A stretch of DNA of 64,000 nucleotides from Elusimicrobiota bacterium. GTDB lineage: Bacteria > Elusimicrobiota > Elusimicrobia > UBA1565 > UBA9628. Positions 15,814-23,600 of the stretch are shown here, one piece after another (position 1 is the first letter of the stretch; each line of letters opens with the position of its first letter). The stretch spans positions 17,687-81,686 of the forward strand of contig JAKFCD010000004.1 of the NCBI GenBank assembly GCA_036676805.1, written 5' to 3'. The notes beneath the pieces were generated by a model that ran no database searches, had not been told where the DNA came from, and saw only the letters and a list, made by a program, of their open reading frames with translations. Both the position numbers and the translations under genes were made by a program.

Positions 15814-18430
15814 GCAGGGCTTCCCCGGCTTCGCGCAAGCGCGCGAGCTCCTCGTCGGCCTGCGCGAGCAGCGGCGCCGCCTCCTCGAGCTGCCCGTCCT
15901 TCTCCGCGGCCTCGACGCGGCGGCACAGCTCGCGCAGGCCGCGCGCGCCCAGGGCCGCGGCCGCGCCCTTGACCGCGTGGACCTGAGCCGACATCCCGGA
16001 ATGATCGCCGGCGCGAAGCGCCGCGCCCGCCCGCTCGAGGCGCCGGGCGGAATCCGAGATGAAATCGTCGACGAGTCCGCGGAAGGACGCTTCGTCCGGC
16101 GCGGCCAGCTCGGCGTAGGCCTTCACCGCGGCGGCGTCGAAGGGCAGGTCCCAGCGATCGAGGACGGCGGCCAGGTCGTCGAGCGTCGCCGGCTTAGCCA
16201 GGTACTCGTCCATGCCCGCGGCGAGGCAGCGCGCGCGGTCGGTCTCGCCGGAGTGGGCGGTCAGCGCGACGACGGGCACCCGCCGCTTTCCGCCCTCCGC
16301 CTCGCGCAGCAGCCGCGTCGCCTCGTAGCCGTCGATGCCGGGCATCTGGCAGTCCATCAGGATCAGGCCGTAGTCGCCGCGGGCGGCCGCCTCGAGGGCG
16401 GCCTGCCCGTCGGCCGCGACGTCGGCTCGACGGCCCAGCTTCTCGATCTGCATGAGCAGCAGGCGGCGGTTGATCGCGTTGTCCTCGACGATCAGCACGC
16501 GCTGCCGGTCGCGGCGCACGTTCGCGGCGCGCGGCCGCTGGCGGTCGCCGGGCACGGGCTCGCCGGGAGCGAGCGCCGCCCGCTCGAAGGGCAGGCGGAC
16601 CCAGAAGTTCGAGCCCTTGCCCGGCTCGCTGTCGGCGCCGATCGTGCCGCCGAGAAGCTCGACGAGGCCCTTGGAGATGGAGAGACCGAGCCCGGTGCCT
16701 CCGTAGCGGCGCGTCGTCGAGCTGTCGGCCTGGGTGAAGGCGCCGAAGACCTCGGGCAGAATCTCCGGATCGATCCCGATGCCGCTGTCCTGCACGGACA
16801 GCTCGAGAACCACGGCCTCGCCGCCGCCCGGCGAAACGGCGCAGCGCAGGCGCACCTGCCCCGCCGGCGTGAACTTGACGGCGTTGTCGAGGAGATTCAG
16901 CAGGATCTGACGGAGGCGGGTGGGATCCCCGAGCAGGATCTCGCCGCACGCCTCGCCGGAGTCGCAGACCAGATCCAGGCCCTTCTCGGCGGCGCGGGGC
17001 TGGGCGATGGACAGGGAATCCTCGAGGACGTCGCGCAGGCGGAAGGGGATGCTTTCCGCGGTCATGCGCCCGGCCTCCATCTTGGAGAAATCGAGCACGC
17101 CGTTGACCAGTCCCAGCAGCGCGCCCGCCGCCTTGTCCACGCCCTCCACCAGCACCCGCTGCGCCGGCTCGAGGGCCCCGGCGCGCAGCAGCTCGGCGGA
17201 GCCGACGAGCGCGTTCAGCGGCGTGCGCAGCTCGTGGCTCATGTTCGCCAGAAACTCGGATTTAAGCCGGGCGGTCTGCACGGCGGCGTCGCGGGCCCGC
17301 TCCAGCGCCTGGGCGCTCTCGCGGAGCATCGTCATGTCCTGGAAGGAAAGCACGCGGGCGAACACGACTCCATCGGCGCGCATGGCCCGCATCGATCGCC
17401 GGTAGACGCGTCCGTTCTTGAGGCGCAGCTCATCGAGGTGGTCCTGCTCGTGGTCGCTGATGGCTTCGTCGGCGCGCCGCTGGAATTCCTCCGGATCCTC
17501 GACGGACTGCCGGACCCGCTCCAGCATGGCCGCGCGGCCGCGGGCGGCGATCTCGGGGGAGAGATCCCACATCTCGAGGAAGCGCTGGTTGTACGCCAAG
17601 GTCGAGTGCTTCAGGTCGAAGACGAGGATGCCCTCCGACGAGGCCTCGATGGTCCCGCGGGCGATGACGAGCGCCTTGGCGAGCTCGTCGCGCGAGACGG
17701 TCGTGCGCGAGAGAGTGTCGCTCATCCGGTTGAAGGACGCGGCCAGGTCGCCGACCTCGTCTTTCGTCACGACAGGGACCTTGCTGCCGTAGTCGCCGGA
17801 CATGATGCGGGCGGTCGCCTCCGAAAGCTGGCGCACCGGCCCCAGCAGCCACTGCAGAAGCCCCATGGTCACCGCCAGGGCGAGCAGGCAGAAGATCGCG
17901 ACGAGGCCGGAGACGAAATCGGCGATGCGGCGAGCCGACTCCAGCGAGCGCGCGAGCGGCAGGGCGACGTGCAGCTCGCCGAGGCGCCGCTTCCCCGACT
18001 GAGAGGAGAGCAGGAAGTCGGCCGCCGGCTCGTGGATCGGGACGGAGAGGACGAGCAGTTCCTTGCCGTGGAAGACGAGGCGTTCCCATGACGGCGACGT
18101 CGAGGACTCATTTCGCGAGCCGGGAGCGCGCTTTCCGGTTTCCAGGACGTTGGTGTGCGCGACCGCCCGGCCCGAGGCGTCGTACAGCGCGACATGGTCG
18201 GCGCCCGTCTGAGCCTGCGCGGCCTGCAGATGCGGCAGGATGTCCGATTCGCGGCGCCCGTACAGCGGCGCGAGCCCGGCCGCCAGCTCTCCGGCTTGAG
18301 GCTGGACGCGGCTGACGGCCTCCTCGAGCACGATGCCCTCGATGCCCCGGCGGGAGGCCACGGTGACGATGACGACGAACACGGCGGCCATTGGCAGGAA
18401 AGCCAGCGCCGCCTTGGCCCTCAGCCGCAT
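15806..18430 (-). CDS. Hybrid sensor histidine kinase (TM, periplasmic domain, TM, HAMP, PAS, HisKA, HATPase, REC, Hpt)
   Basis: The start is MRLRAKAALAFL at 18430, with an alternative at 18460. Motifs: H-box HELRTPLN, N-box DNAVKFT, G2 GTGLGLSI, REC VLIVEDN...LMDCQMPGIDG, Hpt HAVKGAAAALG. Confidence 0.85.
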   Translation of the reverse strand: MRLRAKAALAFLPMAAVFVVIVTVASRRGIEGIVLEEAVSRVQPQAGELAAGLAPLYGRRESDILPHLQAAQAQTGADHVALYDASGRAVAHTNVLETGKRAPGSRNESSTSPSWERLVFHGKELLVLSVPIHEPAADFLLSSQSGKRRLGELHVALPLARSLESARRIADFVSGLVAIFCLLALAVTMGLLQWLLGPVRQLSEATARIMSGDYGSKVPVVTKDEVGDLAASFNRMSDTLSRTTVSRDELAKALVIARGTIEASSEGILVFDLKHSTLAYNQRFLEMWDLSPEIAARGRAAMLERVRQSVEDPEEFQRRADEAISDHEQDHLDELRLKNGRVYRRSMRAMRADGVVFARVLSFQDMTMLRESAQALERARDAAVQTARLKSEFLANMSHELRTPLNALVGSAELLRAGALEPAQRVLVEGVDKAAGALLGLVNGVLDFSKMEAGRMTAESIPFRLRDVLEDSLSIAQPRAAEKGLDLVCDSGEACGEILLGDPTRLRQILLNLLDNAVKFTPAGQVRLRCAVSPGGGEAVVLELSVQDSGIGIDPEILPEVFGAFTQADSSTTRRYGGTGLGLSISKGLVELLGGTIGADSEPGKGSNFWVRLPFERAALAPGEPVPGDRQRPRAANVRRDRQRVLIVEDNAINRRLLLMQIEKLGRRADVAADGQAALEAAARGDYGLILMDCQMPGIDGYEATRLLREAEGGKRRVPVVALTAHSGETDRARCLAAGMDEYLAKPATLDDLAAVLDRWDLPFDAAAVKAYAELAAPDEASFRGLVDDFISDSARRLERAGAALRAGDHSGMSAQVHAVKGAAAALGARGLRELCRRVEAAEKDGQLEEAAPLLAQADEELARLREAGEALHV

Positions 18431-18469
18431 GAATCGCTCTCCACGGAAGAATGATAACATTACGCCCTC

Positions 18470-19549
18470 ATGGCATACTATTACCTCCTGTTCGCGCTCA
18501 TCGCCCCGCTCGCGTCGTCTTGCCGGGCGGCCGCTCCGGCGCCGGGCCTCGACGTCCGGACCTTGATCCGCCGCTCCGACGTCGTGTGGGGCTTCGACTT
18601 CCTCCCCGACGGCCGGATCATCTTCTCCGAGCGGAAGGGAAGCCTGGGGGTCTACGATCCCAAGACCGGCAAGGCCTCCGGGGTCGCCGGCGCGCCCGCG
18701 GTCTGGGCCCGCGGCCAGGGCGGCCTGCTCGACGTGCGCGCGCACCCCGGCTTCGCCAAGAACCGCTGGATCTACCTGACCTGGTCCCATCCGGGCGAGG
18801 GCGGCGCCGTGACAGCCCTCGGACGGGGGCGCCTCGGGGACGGCGGGCTCGAGGGATTCGAGACTCTCTTCGTGACGAACGCCTCCGCCGGCGGCGGGGT
18901 GCACTTCGGCTCGCGCATCGCCTTCGACGGGCCTCACCTTTATATGAGCGTCGGCGAGCGGGGCAGGCGCGACCTGGCGCAGGACCTCAAGCGCCACCAC
19001 GGCAAGATCCTGCGCCTGACCCACGACGGCAAGCCCGACGGCGCTAATCTTCCCGGCGCGCTCCCTGAAATCTGGAGTTGGGGACACCGCAACCCGCAGG
19101 GTCTGGCCTTTCGCCCGGGAACCAAACAGCTTTGGTCCGCGGAGATGGGCCCGCGCGGCGGCGACGAGCTCAACCTCATCGAGCGCGGCCTCAATTACGG
19201 CTGGCCGGTCGCCACCTACGGGCGGGAGTACCACGGGCCCAAGATCGGCGTCCCCTCAAAGGAGGGCATGCAGCCGCCCGCCGCCCACTGGGTCCCGTCC
19301 ATCTCCCCCTCGGCGCTGGCCTTCTACGACGGCGAGGCCTTCCCGGAGTGGCGCGGCTCGGTCTTCCTCGCCTGCCTGAGCGGCGAGCAGCTGCGGCGGA
19401 TCGCCCTCGACGGCGACGCGCCCGGAGAGCAGGAGGTCCTGCTCGACGACCGGGGCTGGCGCTTTCGCAGCGTCCGCCAAGGCCCCGACGGCCTGCTTTA
19501 CTTCAGCACCGACGACGGGCGCCTGGGGCGCATCGCGCCGACGCGCTGA
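18470..19549 (+). CDS. PQQ-dependent soluble aldose/glucose dehydrogenase family protein (SGDH/YliI-like beta-propeller)
   Basis: 359 aa with a signal peptide and SGDH-family motifs (GLAFRPG...WSAEMGPRGGDELNLIERGLNYGWP). Confidence 0.8.
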   Translation: MAYYYLLFALIAPLASSCRAAAPAPGLDVRTLIRRSDVVWGFDFLPDGRIIFSERKGSLGVYDPKTGKASGVAGAPAVWARGQGGLLDVRAHPGFAKNRWIYLTWSHPGEGGAVTALGRGRLGDGGLEGFETLFVTNASAGGGVHFGSRIAFDGPHLYMSVGERGRRDLAQDLKRHHGKILRLTHDGKPDGANLPGALPEIWSWGHRNPQGLAFRPGTKQLWSAEMGPRGGDELNLIERGLNYGWPVATYGREYHGPKIGVPSKEGMQPPAAHWVPSISPSALAFYDGEAFPEWRGSVFLACLSGEQLRRIALDGDAPGEQEVLLDDRGWRFRSVRQGPDGLLYFSTDDGRLGRIAPTR

Positions 19550-19599
19550 GTCTGCTACTCTATCCCTGACGGATCATCCAAGCCGCAACGGAGCTCACG

Positions 19600-20031
19600 A
19601 TGGCGAACCTGAACAAAGTCATGCTGATCGGCCGTCTCACCCGCGATCCCGAGATCAAGACCTTCGGCAACGGCGGCAAGGTCGCCAACGTCGGCTTCGC
19701 CGTCAACAACCGCAAGAAGAACAAGGACACCGGGCAATGGGAGGACGTCCCCGTCTGGATCGACCTCAAGGCGTTCAACCGCGAGACCGGACGCAAGACG
19801 GCCGATCTCATCGAGTCCTCCCTCAAGAAGGGCCAGCAGATCTACGTCGAAGGCCACCTCGTGCTCGAGGAGTGGACCGGCAAGGAAGACGGCAAGAAGA
19901 TGTCGAAGATGGTCGTCTACGTCGACGACTTTCAGTTCCTCGAGAAACGGGAGGGCGGCGGCATGAGCCGGCCCGCAAGTTCGTCCCCCAAGTCCTCAAG
20001 CGACGACTCGATCGAAGAAGTCCCTTTCTAA
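19600..20031 (+). CDS. ssb: Single-stranded DNA-binding protein
   Basis: 143 aa. The OB-fold N-terminus reads MANLNKVMLIGRLTRDPE and the acidic C-terminal tail reads ...DDSIEEVPF. Confidence 0.9.
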   Translation: MANLNKVMLIGRLTRDPEIKTFGNGGKVANVGFAVNNRKKNKDTGQWEDVPVWIDLKAFNRETGRKTADLIESSLKKGQQIYVEGHLVLEEWTGKEDGKKMSKMVVYVDDFQFLEKREGGGMSRPASSSPKSSSDDSIEEVPF

Positions 20032-20054
20032 CGATCGGTAACGACGTTCCGCGC

Positions 20055-20098
20055 GATCCCCAATTTTCCACCGGTGGAAAATTGGGGATCGTTTTATG
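20055..20098 (+). terminator. Perfect 36-nt palindrome followed by a T-rich run downstream of ssb (putative intrinsic terminator)
   Basis: gatccccaattttccaccggtggaaaattggggatc (18-nt arms) followed by gttttatgg. Confidence 0.55.
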
Positions 20099-20132
20099 GC
20101 CTTCCGGGCCGGCGCTCGGGTACAATCGCGGG

Positions 20133-20600
20133 ATGGAGCAGCCCAGATTCCTCGTGGATGCCATGCTCGGCCGGCTCGCGCGCTGGCTCGTCCTGCTCGG
20201 CTACGACGCCGAGTTCGCCGGCGGCTCGGGGCGCTCCGACCTGGATCTCCTGGAGCAGGCCCGGCGCGAGGGCCGCGTGTTCGTGACCCGCGACCGGCGC
20301 GTGCCCGACGCGGCGGGCGTGGCGAAGGTGGTGATCGTGCACTCCTCGTGCGAGAAGCAGCTCCGGCAGCTGGCCGCCGAGCTCTCCCTCAAGCCGGATC
20401 CGGCCCTGCGCTTCTCGAGGTGCGCCGCCTGCAACGAGCCGCTGGAGACCTTGGCGCGGGAGGAGGCCCTGCCGCTCGTGCCCCCTCTCGTGCGGGCGCT
20501 CGAGACGCCGTTTTGGCGCTGCCGCCGCTGCCGCCGGCTGTACTGGAACGGGACCCACACCGAGCGCATCCTCGGAACGATCCGCCGCCTGGGGTTCTAG
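20133..20600 (+). CDS. Mut7-C RNase domain protein (PIN-like nuclease fold with a C-terminal zinc ribbon)
   Basis: 155 aa from MEQPRFLVDAMLGRLARWLVLLGYDA. A C-terminal CxxC...CxxC is present (CAACNEPL...CRRCRRLYW). The in-frame upstream part of the 287-aa track ORF overlaps ssb and is rejected. Confidence 0.65.
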   Translation: MEQPRFLVDAMLGRLARWLVLLGYDAEFAGGSGRSDLDLLEQARREGRVFVTRDRRVPDAAGVAKVVIVHSSCEKQLRQLAAELSLKPDPALRFSRCAACNEPLETLAREEALPLVPPLVRALETPFWRCRRCRRLYWNGTHTERILGTIRRLGF

Positions 20601-20648
20601 GGTAAGTTCCGGCGTCCTCCCGGAGTAATCCGGACGGGGGAACGCCGA

Positions 20649-23600
20649 ATGGACACAACCGGAGCGCTGCGCCGCTGGTTTCAAGGACCGGGCGGGCCGA
20701 TCCGGTCCGCCTCGAGCCTGCTCGCGCTTTTCCTCGTCCTCGTCGCGGTCCACGAGTGGACATCGTCGCGCCCGAGGCCCCGGCTCCTGTCGTGGAGCGC
20801 GTCCGGCCCCGGTCCGACGCCGCTGAAGGACGGGGCGCGCCCGGAGCCGGTCCGGATCGCCTTCTCCGACTCCGCCGCGAAGCTCGAGGACATCGGCCGG
20901 CCCGTCGCGCGCGGGATCGCGCTCTCGCCGCGGACGCGCGGGACCTGGTCCTGGGCGAGCGGCCGGGAGCTGGTCTTCACGCCCGACGAGGATTGGCCCG
21001 CGGGCCGGACCTACACGGTCCGCTTCGACAAGGGCTTCTTCCCGGATCACGTCAGGCTCCAGACCCTGGAGGGGCGCTTCGTCACGGCGCCGTTCTCCGC
21101 GACGCTCGCCTCCTCCGAATTCCACGTGGACCCGCGGGACCCCGCGCTGAAGCGGGTCGCCGCGACCTTCCGCTTCAGCCATCCCGTCGACGCCGACGCG
21201 TTCGAGAAGCGCCTGACCATGATCATGAGCGGGCAAAAGCAGGGCCTGTTCGACCGCGACCGCGTTCCGCATAAGTTCACCGTCGCCTACGACAAATTCC
21301 ACGGCGAGGCCTACGTCGCCTCGCGGCCGCTGCCCATCCCGATCGAGGCGGCGACGATGGAGATCGCCGCCGCCGCCGGCGTGAGCCCCGCGCGCGGAGG
21401 CCCGAAGACCTCGGCCCCGCTCTCCGCGGCGGTCCGGGTGCCGGGCATGTACGACTATTTCCGGATCGAGAGCGCCCGGGCCGAGCTCGTGCGCAACGAA
21501 CGGCTCGAGCCAGAGCAGGTGCTCATCGTTTCGGCCTCGGGCGGCGTCGGCGAGAAGGAGCTGGCCGCCGGGCTCCAAGCTTGGATCCTGCCCGCCGACC
21601 GACCCGCGGCGCCCGGCCGCCTCCTGCAGCGAAATCACCCCTGGAGCGATCCGTCCGAGGTCGGCCCCGAGACGCTCGCCCGCTCGACCGCCGCGGCCCT
21701 GGCGCCGATCGCGGCCGAGCGCGAGCACCCGTCCGCGCACAGCTTCAAGCTGCGGGCTCCTCCCGGCGCGGCGCTTTACGTCAAGGCCCGCCGCGGGCTC
21801 GTCGCGTACGGCGGCTACGTGCAGGCGAAGGATTTCGACGCCGTCGTCCGCCTGCCGGGATTCCCCCGCGAGATCAAGATCCTCCACCAGGGCGCCCTGC
21901 TGCGGTTGTCGGGAGAGAAGAAGCTTTCCTTATATTCCCTCGGCGAGGGCGCGGTCCGCCTCGAGGCCGGCCGCGTGCGGCCGAGCCAGCTCAATCACCT
22001 GGCGAGCCAGACCGAAGGCGACTTCTCCAAGCCGAGCTTCCGCGGCTGGACGTTCGGCCAGGACGACATCACGGAGCGCTTCGAGGAGGTGCGGCGCTTC
22101 GGGCGCGTCGAGCCGGACCGGCTTCATTTCTTCGCCTTCGACTTCGCGCCGCACCTGCAATCCCCGGCCTCCGGGACGCGCAACGGTCTCTTCTTCCTCC
22201 GCGCCGAGGGGTGGGACGCCGAGCACAAGCGGGCGACGGGCCCCGCCGACACGCGCTTCATCCTCATCACCGACCTCGGCGTGCTCGTCAAGGAGAACGC
22301 CGACGCGTCCCGGGACGCGTTCGTGCAGTCGCTGGCGACCGGCGAGCCGGTCCCGGGCGCCCGCGTCGAGGTCGTCGGCGTCAACGGCCTTCCGATCGCG
22401 AGCGCCGCGACCGACGCGGCGGGGCGCGCCCGGCTCCCCGACCTGTCCGGCTTCAAGCGGGAGCGCAGGCCGGCGGCGTTCGTCGTGCGCAGCGGAGAGG
22501 ATCTCTCCTTCCTCCCGTTCGACCGCCAGGACCGGAGGCTCGACGTGTCCCGCTTCGACGTCGGGGGAGATTCGACCCGGGGCCGCGAGCGGGAGCTGTC
22601 CGCCTTCCTGTTCAGCGACCGCGGGCTGTACCGTCCGGGCGAGGCGTTTCACGCGGGCATCATCGTGCGCCCCGCCGTGTGGGGGCAGGACCTCGCCGGC
22701 GTGCCGCTCGAGGTCTCCGTCCTCGACCCGCGCGGCCTCGAGGTGAAGAAGGTGAAGCTGCCCCTTTCCGCCGCGGGCTTCGAGACGATCGACTATCAGA
22801 CGCAGGAGAACGGCCTGACCGGGAGCTTCACGGTCTGCGTCTACATCGTCAAGGACGGGCGCCGCGGCGCCCTGCTCGGCTCGACGACGGTGCGCGTCGA
22901 GGAGTTCCTGCCGGACCGCCTGAGGATCACGGCTCGCTTCTCCGAAGAGAGGACCGAAGGCTGGGTCTCGCCCAAGGACCTCAAGGCCGCGATCAGCCTG
23001 CGCAACCTGTTCGGCGCGCCCGCGGAGGGCCGGCGCGTCTCCGGACGTATACGCCTCTCTCCGGCGGCCCCGGCCTTCAAGGCGTTCGCCGGCTACGCGT
23101 TCTTCGATCCGTCCGAGGCGAAGAAGAGCTTCACGGAGAGCCTCGACGACGCGAAGACGGACGCCGACGGCGCGGCGTCGTTCGACATGCTCCTCGAGCG
23201 CTTCGCCGAGGGCACCTACCGCCTCGAGCTGACGGCGGAGGGTTTCGAGGCCGAGGGCGGTCGCGGCGTCGCCGCGCAGGCGGCGGTGCTCGTGTCGCCC
23301 CGGCCCTACCTGATCGGGCTGAAGGCCGACGGGGACCTGCGCTACGTGCCGCGCGGGAGCACGCGCGCGGTGACGGCGGCGGCCGTCGGCCCGGAGGGGC
23401 GGGCCGTCGCCGCTTCGTCCATCACTTTGCAGCTCGTCGAGGAGCGCTGGGTGTCCGCGCTCGTCAAAGGAAACGACGGCCTGCACCGCTACCAGTCGGT
23501 CAGAAAGGAGCTGTTCGTCTCGTCGCGGGCCCTTAACCTGCCGGCGAGCCCGCGCACCGTCCGCCTCGACGTTTCGTCCCCGGGCGATTACGCCTTGGTC

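Noticed and set aside
14053-18091. Long + strand ORFs (639 aa and 778 aa) antisense to the TonB receptor and hybrid kinase
   Set aside because: Their Arg/Gly/Ala-rich composition matches no family, and the minus strand carries complete TonB-dependent receptor and HisKA/HATPase/REC/Hpt architectures.
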